From: an uncultured virus (IMG/VR IMGVR_UViG_3300021373_001770)
Taxonomy: Duplodnaviria; Heunggongvirae; Uroviricota; Caudoviricetes
Length of the DNA stretch: 64,000 nucleotides
Virus record (IMG/VR): IMGVR_UViG_3300021373_001770
Span: 1 to 64,000 of that record
Strand: one strand, 5' to 3'
Shown: piece by piece, positions 16,949 to 27,802 of the stretch
How positions within the stretch are numbered: position 1 is the first letter of the stretch
Layout of the letters: each line of letters opens with the position of its first letter
Translations under genes and position numbers: made by a program
Notes under the pieces: model-generated
Told to the model about the DNA's origin: nothing
Seen by the model: only the letters and a program-made list of their open reading frames with translations
Database searches by the model: none

Positions 16949-17285
16949 AGATTTTAAAGAAGGTATTGCTGATGAAGTAGGTGTACATCCATCAGTAGTT
17001 GAGGATTTTATAACTTTTTATTATGGTAAGTTAAGAAAAAAGTTATCAGCTTTAGAGTTTCCCAGAATAAATGTTGATGGGCTTGGTACATTTTATTTAA
17101 GAAAAAATAAACTAGAAAAGTCAATTAAAAAAAATAAAAGTGTTTTGGGTAATTTGGCAAAACGTACATACGTGGGTTTTGCAAAAAGTGAAGAGATCCA
17201 AAAAAATGTAACTATGATGGAAAATGCATTAAAACAAATGGAGCAAGATATATTAAATAAAAAGAAGTTTAGGAATGAAAAGTAA
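16929..17285 (+). CDS. HU/IHF-like DNA-binding protein
   Basis: IADEVGV...VEDFI...RINVDGLGTF. Confidence 0.7.
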   Translation: MNPKSHKDFKEGIADEVGVHPSVVEDFITFYYGKLRKKLSALEFPRINVDGLGTFYLRKNKLEKSIKKNKSVLGNLAKRTYVGFAKSEEIQKNVTMMENALKQMEQDILNKKKFRNEK

Positions 17286-17604
17286 ATGGAAAAAATATTT
17301 AGATATATTTAAAAATGCAGATAAGATTGCTGATGGAATTGCAAATTCAATGTTTAAAAAAGAACATGTTGAAGCTGCAGCAACAGAAAGATTTCAAATC
17401 TGTATAAATTGTAGTTTGTTTGATGCAAAAGGAACATCTTGTGTTGCACCTGGTACACAGCCTTGTTGTGGAGATTGTGGTTGTAGTTTATCTTTTAAGG
17501 TAAGATCACTATCATCAGAATGTCCAAAAGGCTATTGGGATGCTTTTACAAGCGAAGAGCAAGAAGATTTAATTAACAATCAAATAAATAAAAATGACAA
17601 TTAA
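17275..17604 (+). CDS. Cys-rich Zn-binding protein
   Basis: ICINC...CCGDCGC...KVRSLSSECPKGYW. Confidence 0.7.
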   Translation: MKSKWKKYLDIFKNADKIADGIANSMFKKEHVEAAATERFQICINCSLFDAKGTSCVAPGTQPCCGDCGCSLSFKVRSLSSECPKGYWDAFTSEEQEDLINNQINKNDN

Positions 17605-17683
17605 TTATTATTGTAATGATACTATAACAACAGTAGAAACTAATACAGCAGATAGCTGGTGGTATACTACTACAACACTATAA
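17594..17683 (+). CDS. Possible 29-aa peptide
   Basis: MTINYYCNDTITTVETNTADSWWYTTTTL; fills the gap and stops 2 nt before the next ATG. Confidence 0.35.
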   Translation: MTINYYCNDTITTVETNTADSWWYTTTTL

Positions 17684-17685
17684 CT

Positions 17686-18498
17686 ATGGCACTAAAATTT
17701 ATAGAAGAAGGGCATGTATATGAAAGCACTGATCAAGATAATATCAAATGGACTGGTGTAACATCCTTTATTGGTAAATTTAAACCTAAGTTTGATAGGG
17801 AAGGACAAGCTAAAAAGTCATCAAAGAATAAAAGATCTAAATGGTATGGGATGACACCTAAAGAAATATTAGCGGCTTGGGATGGTGAAACAGAAAGAGC
17901 TATTAAGCTTGGTAATTTTTATCATAATCAAAGAGAAGCTGACATGCTAGACCTTGAAACAATTGGTAGACATGGTGTGGAAGTTCCCATCATTAAACCA
18001 GTTACTAATGAAGAAGGAATTAAAATTGCACCAAATCAAAAATTAGAAGAAGGTGTTTATCCAGAACACTTGGTGTATTTAAAATCAGTTGGTTTATGTG
18101 GTCAAGCAGATTTGGTTGAAGTAGTTAATGGTTATATAAACATCAATGATTATAAAACTAATAAAGAAATAAAAGATAAAGGATTTACTAATTGGGAAGG
18201 CATTACTAAGAAAATGTATAAACCTATAAGTCATTTAGATGATTGTAATCTTAATCACTACAACTTACAGTTGAGTATTTATGCGTATATTATTAAAAAG
18301 CACAACCCTAAACTTAAGATAGGAAAGCTTACCATACAACATGTAAAATTTAAACAAGTTGGTGAAGATTCTAATGGTTATCCAATAAATGAACATGTAA
18401 ATGGAGAACCAGTTTTAGATGAGATAAAAATTTATGAACTACCATATTTAAAAGATGAAGTAATATCTTTAATGATGTGGATTAAAGAAAATCAATAA
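17686..18498 (+). CDS. PD-(D/E)XK exonuclease
   Basis: GVTSFI...G-FYH...E...GQADLV...INDYKTN...YNLQLSIYAY. Confidence 0.85.
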   Translation: MALKFIEEGHVYESTDQDNIKWTGVTSFIGKFKPKFDREGQAKKSSKNKRSKWYGMTPKEILAAWDGETERAIKLGNFYHNQREADMLDLETIGRHGVEVPIIKPVTNEEGIKIAPNQKLEEGVYPEHLVYLKSVGLCGQADLVEVVNGYININDYKTNKEIKDKGFTNWEGITKKMYKPISHLDDCNLNHYNLQLSIYAYIIKKHNPKLKIGKLTIQHVKFKQVGEDSNGYPINEHVNGEPVLDEIKIYELPYLKDEVISLMMWIKENQ

Positions 18499-18501
18499 AA
18501 T

Positions 18502-19020
18502 ATGATAGTAAGATTATTTGATGTACAAAATAGTGAATTAATAGTAACTGAGCATTGTTATTCATTACCATTCTTAAAAAAGATAATGGATGAATATCCG
18601 GATACTCATATGTCTGTGTACAAATATTTATTTTATATGACATGTCCTAATCCTGATTTAAATCCTTTTTTTAATTTACCTGAGCATGAAAAAGAAGATA
18701 TAATAATAGAAGAGATTCAACTAGAAGAATCTACTGAAGATCCACCTATTAGATATGCTCTTGACATGTGCAAAAAATTATTTGAAACACCAACATATAG
18801 AGCATATGTAGGTATTAAATCTATGTTAGATAGATTAGCAAAATATATGGAAACAACCGCTATTGAGCATGGAAGAGATGGTAATATCAATTCTATGGTA
18901 AATGCAGCAGCTAAGTTTGAACAAATACGTCAATCATATAAAGGCGCATTTACAGACATGAGGCAAGAACAAGACAGTTCAGTACGTGGTGGAGCAGGAC
19001 TAGCCTATGATCAACTCTAA
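18502..19020 (+). CDS. Conserved protein upstream of terminase (possible small terminase)
   Basis: Position before TerL; helical C-terminus ending VRGG. Confidence 0.45.
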   Translation: MIVRLFDVQNSELIVTEHCYSLPFLKKIMDEYPDTHMSVYKYLFYMTCPNPDLNPFFNLPEHEKEDIIIEEIQLEESTEDPPIRYALDMCKKLFETPTYRAYVGIKSMLDRLAKYMETTAIEHGRDGNINSMVNAAAKFEQIRQSYKGAFTDMRQEQDSSVRGGAGLAYDQL

Positions 19021-19085
19021 AAAAGAAACCCAATACATCTTTTGTTATTGGGATGAACCAATTAATAATTTAAAAAAAATCAACA

Positions 19086-19364
19086 ATGAAGAAACAAGTA
19101 GTAATACCAGTAGGAAAAAGATTACTGATAAAAAGAAAAGCAGCAGAGACTAAAACAGCATCAGGAATTATTATTCCTGAAATAGCTCAAAAAAAAGAAT
19201 TTAAAGGATTAGTAGTTGGTGTAGGTGCTGAAGTTGAAGAAATTAATGTAGGTGATGAAGTTCAGTATGCAGAACATGCTATGCCAACTCCAATGAAACA
19301 TGAGGGTGAAGAGCATTTACTTCTTCAAGCTGGTGATGTATTTGCCATCATAAGATATGAGTAG
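19086..19364 (+). CDS. groES: Co-chaperonin GroES
   Basis: PVGKRLLIKR, KTASGIIIPE, GLVVGVG and VGDEV. Confidence 0.92.
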   Translation: MKKQVVIPVGKRLLIKRKAAETKTASGIIIPEIAQKKEFKGLVVGVGAEVEEINVGDEVQYAEHAMPTPMKHEGEEHLLLQAGDVFAIIRYE

Positions 19365-21546
19365 AGTAATACCTACATATGAAAATAATAAGTGGACAAC
19401 AACTGAGTTTACCTCGGATAATGAATTCCGTGATTTTTTAGAGGGTATATTTAAAGAACCAGGTAAGTATGAATTTGATACAGTAGCTTGGTCATTTAAT
19501 GATCAGGCTAAACAATTTACTAAAGAAGGTTATTATTGTAACAAACCCTTTAGGTCAAAAGATTTTACAACATATTGGGAAGATCAAAAGAATAAATGCC
19601 GTCAAGGAGTAATATATAAAAGTAAAAACAAAACTTGGTATTTAACTAGAGATTATTACATGTGGTTAAACTTCTTGCCAATATTTGACAAAGAAGAAAA
19701 AAAATATGGTTTTGCTAAAGTTAGAGATGCTCAATATCACATGGCATTATATGAATTGATTGCAGAATTAAATAATCAACATTCAGCTATACTTAAAAAA
19801 AGACAGATTGCTTCCTCATATTTTCATATGGGTAAAATAATAAACCAGTATTGGTTTGAAGAAGGATCAATATGTAAGATAGGGGCATCATTAAAAGATT
19901 ATATTAATGATAAAGGATCTTGGAAATTTCTTGAAGAATATAAAACATTTTTAAATGAGCATACTGCATGGTATAGACCTAGTAATCCAGAAAAGGTTTT
20001 GTTATGGCAACAACAGATAGAAGTTAAAATAAACAACCGTAAAACATCAAGAGGATTAAAATCTAAAATACAAGGTGCATCTTTTGAAAAAAATGCAACA
20101 ACAGGTGTTGGTGGTCCGTGTACGTACTTTTTTCATGAAGAAGCAGGTATAGCACCAAAGATGATGCAGACTTATGAATATCTGCGTCCTGCTATGTCTT
20201 CAGGTATGGTAACTACTGGTATGTTTATAGCGGCAGGTTCTGTGGGTGATTTAGAGCAATGTAATCCTTTAAAGGATATGATTTTAAATCCAGGTGCAAA
20301 TGATATATATGCCGTAGAAACAAATTTAATGGACGCTGATGGCACTATTGGTATGGCAGGCCTATTTATTCCTGAACAGTGGTCTATGCCACCTTATATT
20401 GACAAATTTGGTAACTCAGAAATAGAAGAAGCTGTTAAAGCAATAAACTTAGAGAGAGCACGTTGGAAATCTGAATTAACAGGTGAACAATACCAATTAA
20501 GAATATCTCAGAAACCATTAAATATTGCAGAGGCATTTGCATATAGAAAAGAATCAATATTTCCACAAGGTATTCTTAGCAAGCAATTGAAAAAAATTGA
20601 AGAAAAAAGTTATCCTTATGAGTTAATAGAATTAGATAGAGATCAAACAGGTATAGTTGCAAAAAGAACAAGCAAGCTACCTATTAGTGAATTTCCTGTA
20701 AATAAAAAACAACAAGACAAAACAGGAAGTATTGTTGTTTGGGAAAGACCTGTAGATAATCCTCAGTTTGGTGCTTACTATGGATCTATTGACCCTGTAT
20801 CAGAAGGTAAAACTACAACATCAGATTCTTTATGTAGTATATACATTTATAAAAATGCAACAGAAGTTACAAGAGATTTGGGTGCGGGTGATGTTGAACA
20901 ATTTATTGAGAGAGATAAAATAGTAGCAGCATGGTGTGGTAGATTTGATGATATAAACAAGACTCATGAGAGATTAGAAATGATCATTGAATGGTATAAT
21001 GCTTGGACTATTGTAGAGAATAATATATCTCTTTTTATTCAGCATATGATAGCAAGAAAGAAACAAAGATATCTTGTACCAAAACAACAAATATTATTCT
21101 TAAAAGATCTTGGTTCAAATAGAACAGTATATCAAGAATATGGTTGGAAGAATACAGGTACATTATTTAAAAGTCATTTGATATCATATGCAATAGAATT
21201 TTTAAGAGAAGTTATAGACGAAGAGACAGATGAAAAAGGTGATGTAATGTCACAAACATTAGGTGTTGAAAGAATTCCTGATCAAATGCTTATAAAAGAA
21301 ATGATGGCATATTATCCGGGATTAAACGTGGATAGGCTTGTGACATTTGGTGCATTAGTTGCATTTGCTAAAATCCAACAATCAAATAGAGGGTATTCTA
21401 AAAGACGTGAATCAGAGGGTGATTCTTTGGTTAATTCAGAAAAAATAAGTAAATTAAAGTATAGCAGTCCATTTAAAAATATAGGGCGTAATAGAAGACT
21501 GGGTGGTTCTAAAATAAGAAGATCAGGGTTTAAAAATATTAAATAG
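19357..21546 (+). CDS. terL: Terminase large subunit (crAss-like)
   Basis: LKKRQIASS (Walker A variant), FFHEEAG (Walker B) and the RNase H-fold nuclease motifs GSIDPV, VENN and NVDRL. Confidence 0.9.
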   Translation: MSRVIPTYENNKWTTTEFTSDNEFRDFLEGIFKEPGKYEFDTVAWSFNDQAKQFTKEGYYCNKPFRSKDFTTYWEDQKNKCRQGVIYKSKNKTWYLTRDYYMWLNFLPIFDKEEKKYGFAKVRDAQYHMALYELIAELNNQHSAILKKRQIASSYFHMGKIINQYWFEEGSICKIGASLKDYINDKGSWKFLEEYKTFLNEHTAWYRPSNPEKVLLWQQQIEVKINNRKTSRGLKSKIQGASFEKNATTGVGGPCTYFFHEEAGIAPKMMQTYEYLRPAMSSGMVTTGMFIAAGSVGDLEQCNPLKDMILNPGANDIYAVETNLMDADGTIGMAGLFIPEQWSMPPYIDKFGNSEIEEAVKAINLERARWKSELTGEQYQLRISQKPLNIAEAFAYRKESIFPQGILSKQLKKIEEKSYPYELIELDRDQTGIVAKRTSKLPISEFPVNKKQQDKTGSIVVWERPVDNPQFGAYYGSIDPVSEGKTTTSDSLCSIYIYKNATEVTRDLGAGDVEQFIERDKIVAAWCGRFDDINKTHERLEMIIEWYNAWTIVENNISLFIQHMIARKKQRYLVPKQQILFLKDLGSNRTVYQEYGWKNTGTLFKSHLISYAIEFLREVIDEETDEKGDVMSQTLGVERIPDQMLIKEMMAYYPGLNVDRLVTFGALVAFAKIQQSNRGYSKRRESEGDSLVNSEKISKLKYSSPFKNIGRNRRLGGSKIRRSGFKNIK

Positions 21547-21557
21547 ATAAAAATAGT

Positions 21558-24305
21558 ATGAGAGTATTAAATGCAATGCAAATGAAAAATGGTGCTACTG
21601 CTGAAAGTGGACCAACTTTTTCTAGCTTAACACAGCCGGTACAATTTTTACCTTATTCTAAAAAAACTGATGATTGGGCTGCATGGAATCTTGATTGGTT
21701 AGAACTACAAGGAATAGAGTTCTTACGTATGAATTCTAGAAGACTTCTTAAAAATTATAAATTAGCAAAAGGTATAATTGATAAAACAGATTATATTGTT
21801 GAACCAGATAATGAATATAAAGAGTTGATGGATGTATTAACTCAAGAAAATGATTCAGCTTTGGAATTAAAATTTTATCCAATTGTCCCTAATGTAATTA
21901 ATGTTCTTACTGGTGAATTTGCTAAAAGATATACTAAAGTACAATTTAGAGCCGTAGATGATACATCTTATAATGAGATGTTAGAACAAAAAAGAATTCA
22001 AGTTGAAGAAGCATTGTTAGCAGATGCAGAATCAAAGTTAGTTCAGAAAATGGTGATGATGGGAATGGATCCTTCATCAGAAGAAGCAAAACAAAGTTTA
22101 TCTCCACAGGGTCTTAAGTCATTACCAGAAATAGAAGACTTTTTTAGCAAGTCTTACAGAAGCATGGTTGAAGAATGGGCATCTCATCAACTAAATGTAG
22201 ATGAAGAAAGATTCAAAATGCAAGAGCTTGAAGAGAGAGGCTTTAGAGATATGTTAATTGCAGATAGAGAATTTTGGCATTTCCGTATGTTAGAAGATGA
22301 CTATGATGTAGAATTATGGAATCCAATTTTAACTTTCTATCAAAAATCTCCTGATCAAAGATATATTGCTGATTCAAATTATTGTGGTAAGGTTGATTTA
22401 ATGACTGTTGCAGATGTTGTTGATAGATATGGATATTTAATGGATGAGAAACAACTTAAATCATTACAAAAAATATATCCTGCACGTTCTGCACAATATC
22501 AAGTAAATGGTTATCAAAATGATGGTGCATATTATGATGCTACCAGATCTCATGAATGGAATACTCAGATGCCAGGTTTAGCATATAGACAATTCACATC
22601 TAATTATTGGGATGACCCAGCAAGAGGTGGAGATATATTAAGTCAGATATTAGACGAAGGTGAAGATGTACAGATGTGGGGAGAAGGAAATCTTATGCGT
22701 GTATCTACAATATATTGGAAGACACAAAGAAGAATAGGTCACCTAACTAAAATAGAAAAAGACGGTGATATTACACAAGAAATAGTAGATGAAACATTTA
22801 AACTTACTAAGAAAGGTGTATATGATACTTCTATATTTAAACAAAAAAGAAAAGATAATTTAATAGAAGGTGAACATATAGATTGGATATGGATTAATGA
22901 AGTTTGGGGTGGTGTTAAAATTGGTCCAAATTTACCAGCTATGTGGAGATCTACTATGGGTGATAATATTAATCCAATATATTTAGGTATTAATAGAACT
23001 AAACCTGGTAGACTTCCTTTCCAATTTAAAGGTAATAATTCACTTTATGGGTGTAAGCTACCAGTTGAAGGTAGAGTTTTTTCAGATAGAAATACTAGAT
23101 CTACATCTTTAGTAGATTTGATGAAAGCGTATCAAGTTGGATACAATATGGTTAATAACCAAATTGCTGACATTCTAATAGATGAATTAGGAACAGTAAT
23201 AATGTTTGATCAAAATGCTTTACCACGTCACTCAATGGGTGAGGATTGGGGTAAGAATAATTATGCAAAAGCATACGTAGCAATGAAGGATTTTCAAATG
23301 CTACCACTTGATACATCTATTACAAATACTGAGAATGCCACTAACTTTAATCATTATCAAACTCTTAACATGGAGCAGACTAATAGATTAATGTCTAGGA
23401 TTCAACTTGCTAATTATTTTAAACAACAGTGTTTTGATGCAATTGGTATCAATCCACAACGTTTAGGAGGTGCTGTTTCAGCTCAAACAGCTACGGGTGT
23501 TGTTCAAGCTATGCAACAATCATATGCACAAACAGAAATGTATTTTGTACAACATTCGGATCATTTAATGCCACGTGTACATCAGATGAGAACAGACTTA
23601 GCTCAATATTATTATAGTACAAATCCAAGTTTAAGGTTATCTTATATATCTACAGAAGCAGAAAAAGTAAACTTTACAATTAATGGTACTGATTTATTGT
23701 TACGTGATTTTAATGTATTTGCAACAACCAAAACAAATCATAGAGCTATATTAGAGAATCTAAAACAAATGGCTTTAACAAATAATACTACAGGAGCAAG
23801 TATTTATGAATTAGGAAATATAGTTAAAGCAGATTCTATTGCAGAAGTAACAGATATATTAAAAGATTCTGAGAAAAGACAGCAGGCAATGCGTGAGCAA
23901 GAAATGCAACAACAACGTCAGCTACAAGAACAGCAGATACAAGCTAAGGCTCAAGAAGAACAACAAAAACTTCAAGTGGAGATTTCTGAAAATGAAAAAG
24001 ATAGACAGAATAATATTACACTAGCAGAAATTAGATCTGCTGGATATGGGTCTATGGTTGATTTAAATCAAAATCAAGTGTCTGATTACCAAGATGCTAT
24101 GAAAGATATTAGAGAAACAACTCAGTATCAACAGCAAATGGATATGAAGCGTCAAGAAAGCACTATGAAACAAAGTATGGAATCTGAAAGATTAAATGTT
24201 GAAAGAGAAAAGATAAATGCCCAAAAAGAGATAGCTAATACAAAACTTCAAATAGCTAGAGAAAACAAAAATAAGTATGATCAAAAGGATTCTGAGAAAG
24301 AATAA
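21558..24305 (+). CDS. Portal protein (crAss-like)
   Basis: 915 aa immediately after TerL; YPIVPNVINVLTGE, GINPQRLG and a Q-rich coiled C-terminus. Confidence 0.88.
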   Translation: MRVLNAMQMKNGATAESGPTFSSLTQPVQFLPYSKKTDDWAAWNLDWLELQGIEFLRMNSRRLLKNYKLAKGIIDKTDYIVEPDNEYKELMDVLTQENDSALELKFYPIVPNVINVLTGEFAKRYTKVQFRAVDDTSYNEMLEQKRIQVEEALLADAESKLVQKMVMMGMDPSSEEAKQSLSPQGLKSLPEIEDFFSKSYRSMVEEWASHQLNVDEERFKMQELEERGFRDMLIADREFWHFRMLEDDYDVELWNPILTFYQKSPDQRYIADSNYCGKVDLMTVADVVDRYGYLMDEKQLKSLQKIYPARSAQYQVNGYQNDGAYYDATRSHEWNTQMPGLAYRQFTSNYWDDPARGGDILSQILDEGEDVQMWGEGNLMRVSTIYWKTQRRIGHLTKIEKDGDITQEIVDETFKLTKKGVYDTSIFKQKRKDNLIEGEHIDWIWINEVWGGVKIGPNLPAMWRSTMGDNINPIYLGINRTKPGRLPFQFKGNNSLYGCKLPVEGRVFSDRNTRSTSLVDLMKAYQVGYNMVNNQIADILIDELGTVIMFDQNALPRHSMGEDWGKNNYAKAYVAMKDFQMLPLDTSITNTENATNFNHYQTLNMEQTNRLMSRIQLANYFKQQCFDAIGINPQRLGGAVSAQTATGVVQAMQQSYAQTEMYFVQHSDHLMPRVHQMRTDLAQYYYSTNPSLRLSYISTEAEKVNFTINGTDLLLRDFNVFATTKTNHRAILENLKQMALTNNTTGASIYELGNIVKADSIAEVTDILKDSEKRQQAMREQEMQQQRQLQEQQIQAKAQEEQQKLQVEISENEKDRQNNITLAEIRSAGYGSMVDLNQNQVSDYQDAMKDIRETTQYQQQMDMKRQESTMKQSMESERLNVEREKINAQKEIANTKLQIARENKNKYDQKDSEKE

Positions 24306-24426
24306 CTGGTGTTAGCTATATACTGCAATTTATTTTTAATTTTCATCAAATATTATAAGTTTATAATATAAAGTTTACGTATATTATATATGTAACAAGT
24401 ATTAATTATTTAAAACCAACATAATT

Positions 24427-25734
24427 ATGGCAACTGAAACACAAACTGTGAATAGTAAAGTAGAACAAGTAGATATTAATTTAGATGAAATATTTAACGC
24501 TGCACCTAGTGGCGCTGATATGATTCAAGATGATAAGAAGCAGAAAAATATTTTTTCTGGAAGTTCTGCTAAAGCAGACTTTAGTTTTGCAGATCCTGAT
24601 AAAGATGAAAAGGATGACCTAAATGCTAAAGTTGAAGCTAAAGAAGAAAATACTGAAAATGAAACAGAGGTAACAGATACCCCTGAAAATGAAACAGAGG
24701 TAAAAGAAACTGAAACAAAGGTAGATGATATTATTGATTCTTTAAATGAAGTTGAAGAGGAAGATGATAAAACAGATGCACCAAAAAGAGGTAGAAAATC
24801 TATTTCTGGTATATCAGATGTTTTTAACAAATTAATTAAAGATGATAAAATTGTTCCTTTTGATGATGATAAAGCATTAGAAGATTATACTGCTAAAGAT
24901 TGGGAAGAATTAATTCAAGCTAATTTAGAAGAAAAAGCTAATCAAGTTAGAAGAGAAACGCCTAAACAGTTTTTTCAGTCTTTACCAGAAGAATTACAAA
25001 TTGCTGCAAAGTATGTAGCGGATGGTGGTAAAGATTTAAAAGGTTTATTTTCTACATTATCACAGGTAGAAACCCATAAAAGTTTAGATGTAAAGAATGC
25101 TTCTGATCAAGAAAGAATCATTACAGAATATTTATCTGCAACTGGCTATGGTACTACAGAAGAAATTGCTGAAGAAATAGAAATTTGGAAAGACTTAGGA
25201 AAGTTAGAACAACAAGCAAACAAGTTCAAACATAAGTTAGATAAGATGCAGGAAAAAGTTGTTGCTCAAAAATTAAAAGAACAAGAGTTAAAGAAAGCAC
25301 AACAAGAGCAAGCATCAAAGGCATATATGAAAAATGTATATGATACATTAAAAGAAGGAAAATTAGGAGATATCAAAGTTGATAGAAAGACACAAGCTAT
25401 GTTATATAATGGGTTAGTACAACCTAATTATCCTTCAGTAAGTGGACGTAACACAAATTTACTAGGTCACTTACTAGAAAAATATCAATTTGTTGAACCA
25501 AACTACGGATTAATATCTGAGGCATTATGGTTATTGCAAGATCCAGAAGGATATAAAGCAAAAATTATGGATAAAGGTGCACAGAAAAGTGTAGAAAAAA
25601 CAGTTAGAAAATTGAAGACTGAGCAATCAAATGCAGGAGGAGCATCATTGGGTGTTAATAGAGCGGAAGCAGAAAGTAAAAGATCTTCAAAAAGAAAACT
25701 AAGTAGACCAACAAATATTTTTAAACGAATTTAA
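24427..25734 (+). CDS. Putative scaffolding protein
   Basis: Acidic disordered N-terminus plus coiled coil, located between portal and MCP. Confidence 0.65.
   Translation: MATETQTVNSKVEQVDINLDEIFNAAPSGADMIQDDKKQKNIFSGSSAKADFSFADPDKDEKDDLNAKVEAKEENTENETEVTDTPENETEVKETETKVDDIIDSLNEVEEEDDKTDAPKRGRKSISGISDVFNKLIKDDKIVPFDDDKALEDYTAKDWEELIQANLEEKANQVRRETPKQFFQSLPEELQIAAKYVADGGKDLKGLFSTLSQVETHKSLDVKNASDQERIITEYLSATGYGTTEEIAEEIEIWKDLGKLEQQANKFKHKLDKMQEKVVAQKLKEQELKKAQQEQASKAYMKNVYDTLKEGKLGDIKVDRKTQAMLYNGLVQPNYPSVSGRNTNLLGHLLEKYQFVEPNYGLISEALWLLQDPEGYKAKIMDKGAQKSVEKTVRKLKTEQSNAGGASLGVNRAEAESKRSSKRKLSRPTNIFKRI
24653..24703 (+). repeat. In-frame 21-bp direct repeat, 30-bp period
   Basis: CTGAAAATGAAACAGAGGTAA twice (ENETEV). 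Confidence 0.8.
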
Positions 25735-25796
25735 TTAAGTAAATTAAATATATAGTAACTAAAAACAATTATTAACAATTAAAACAATCAAAAATT

Positions 25797-27416
25797 ATGG
25801 CAACTCCAGTTTTAAATAATGGGATTTTCCTAAGAGATACAAGCTATAAAGCTAGTTCTCATGTTGATTCGTATCACCTTACCCAAATGCTTGGTAATCC
25901 TGAGCCTATGGATATGGGACCAATTGATCTTTGGGCTATGACCCAAAAGGTAGAAATGCCTTTGTATCAAATGGCTTCTTTTGGTGGTAAGAATACTATC
26001 ATGGTGGACAATGCTAGAGGTGAGTATAAATGGCAAACTCCTATTGCACAAGACCTTCCTTACATTGTAGCTGACATTGAACCTGCTAACGCTAGCAAAG
26101 GTATTGATGGAACTACTTTTAAGATTAAGGTTAACAAGAGATCATTTGGTCATGGTGATATTATCACATATGACAAGTATAATGGTCTTGAATTATACAT
26201 TACTGCGGATGATATTATCCCTGCAGGTGATGGTTTTGTTTATACAGTACAGTTGGTAAACAACAATAATAGTGCTGTATTAGACAACAAGTATCTTGCA
26301 AAAGGAACTAAATTCTTTAGAAAAGGTTCTGCAAGAGGTGAGTATGGTGAAAGATTTTCTGACATTGAAACAGGATCTGGATTCCGTGAATTCTACAACT
26401 TTGTAGGAGGAGCTGAAGCACACGTACACTATTCTATTTCTAGCCGTGCTGATCTTATGATCAAAGGTGGTTTGAATGCTGATGGTACTGTACCAGTAAC
26501 TGAGATTTGGAGAAACTTTGACACTGACCCAAATAATCCATCTGTACCTAGTATTGAAGGATTAGTAGCATCTATGGGTAAAGCTGGTGCAAGAGAAGCA
26601 TTTGAAAATGGAACTCTTACACGTACTTTCATTACAAATATGGAAGCAGCACATTTATCTAAAATTGCTACAGATATTGAAACTTACCTCATGTGGGGGA
26701 AAGGTGGTAGAATTAAGCAAGACGGTCCAGATGATATTAGATTATCTGTTGGTTTATGGTCTCAGTTGGATAACTCATTTAAAAGAGTATACAACAAGTC
26801 ATCATTTACACTTGACATGTTTAAATCTGAGCTTTACAACTTCTACCAAGGAAAAGTTGAATTTAAAGGACCAGACCCACAAAGATCACTTGTTGTACAA
26901 ACAGGTATTGGTGGTATGCAATTAATCAACAAGGCAATTGCTGATGAAGTGTATGGTTCTGGTTTAGTTCAAAATGCTACTGATGTTGGAGCTGTAACAG
27001 GTAAAGGCATGGATTTAGATTATGGTTTTGCTTACACAAGCTTTACTATTCCTTTCTTAGCTAACGTTAAGTTTGTATTGAATCCGGCATTTGATAACTT
27101 AAATACTAATGACATTGAGAATCCATTAATTGATGGAAGACCTCTAAGTTCATTTAGTTTTATCATCTTTGATGTAACTGATGAAGGTAATGACAACATT
27201 CACTTGTTGAAGCTTTCTTGGGATAATCAACTTAAGTGGTTCTACCAAAATGGTACTATGGACTACATGGGAAGAACTCAAGGATTTGCATCTACTGGAC
27301 AGTTCAATGGATATAGAGTTTATATGACTCAAACCATGCCAGCTATATGGGTTAAAGATCCGACTAAAGTTCTAAAAATTGTAATGAGAAACCCTGTAAC
27401 AGGAGGATCATTCTAA
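25797..27416 (+). CDS. Major capsid protein (crAss-like HK97 fold)
   Basis: 539 aa in the TerL-portal-scaffold-MCP synteny, followed by a strong terminator. Confidence 0.88.
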   Translation: MATPVLNNGIFLRDTSYKASSHVDSYHLTQMLGNPEPMDMGPIDLWAMTQKVEMPLYQMASFGGKNTIMVDNARGEYKWQTPIAQDLPYIVADIEPANASKGIDGTTFKIKVNKRSFGHGDIITYDKYNGLELYITADDIIPAGDGFVYTVQLVNNNNSAVLDNKYLAKGTKFFRKGSARGEYGERFSDIETGSGFREFYNFVGGAEAHVHYSISSRADLMIKGGLNADGTVPVTEIWRNFDTDPNNPSVPSIEGLVASMGKAGAREAFENGTLTRTFITNMEAAHLSKIATDIETYLMWGKGGRIKQDGPDDIRLSVGLWSQLDNSFKRVYNKSSFTLDMFKSELYNFYQGKVEFKGPDPQRSLVVQTGIGGMQLINKAIADEVYGSGLVQNATDVGAVTGKGMDLDYGFAYTSFTIPFLANVKFVLNPAFDNLNTNDIENPLIDGRPLSSFSFIIFDVTDEGNDNIHLLKLSWDNQLKWFYQNGTMDYMGRTQGFASTGQFNGYRVYMTQTMPAIWVKDPTKVLKIVMRNPVTGGSF

Positions 27417-27427
27417 GAACAATAATT

Positions 27428-27461
27428 AAAGGGGAGGTGGGTTAAACCTCCTCCCTTTTTA
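27428..27461 (+). terminator. Intrinsic terminator after MCP
   Basis: GGGGAGGT...ACCTCCTCCC followed by a T run. Confidence 0.8.
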
Positions 27462-27487
27462 TTTTTAACCTTTTAAAATATACTATC

Positions 27488-27685
27488 ATGGCACTAGATA
27501 TTAAAAGACAAAACAAAACATATGAATTTTCAAATTCAAGTGTTTCTAAAATACTTGCTTCTAAAGCAGTTGGTACGGATATCTTAGCAAGAGACCATGC
27601 AGATGATGCAGCAGCAAAAGCTGCAGGTTTAGCAAAAGGTGATTTATATCACACAGCTGGAGCTTTGAAGATAGTTGTTAGTTAA
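27488..27685 (+). CDS. Small virion protein (fibre-tip-like motif)
   Basis: ADDAAAKAAGLAKGDLYH motif. Confidence 0.55.
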   Translation: MALDIKRQNKTYEFSNSSVSKILASKAVGTDILARDHADDAAAKAAGLAKGDLYHTAGALKIVVS

Positions 27686-27802
27686 AGTCAAAAACTATAG
27701 CAAGGGTAATACCTTGCTTAAGAAATATTAGTAATAATAGAATGTACACTATGGTGTATTATTTGACGCAAGTAATAATTATTAATTTTTAAAAACCACA
27801 AA

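Noticed and set aside
19357..27416. Introns or inteins in terL, portal or MCP
   Set aside because: The ORFs are continuous and of expected size, and I saw no intein or homing-nuclease motifs.
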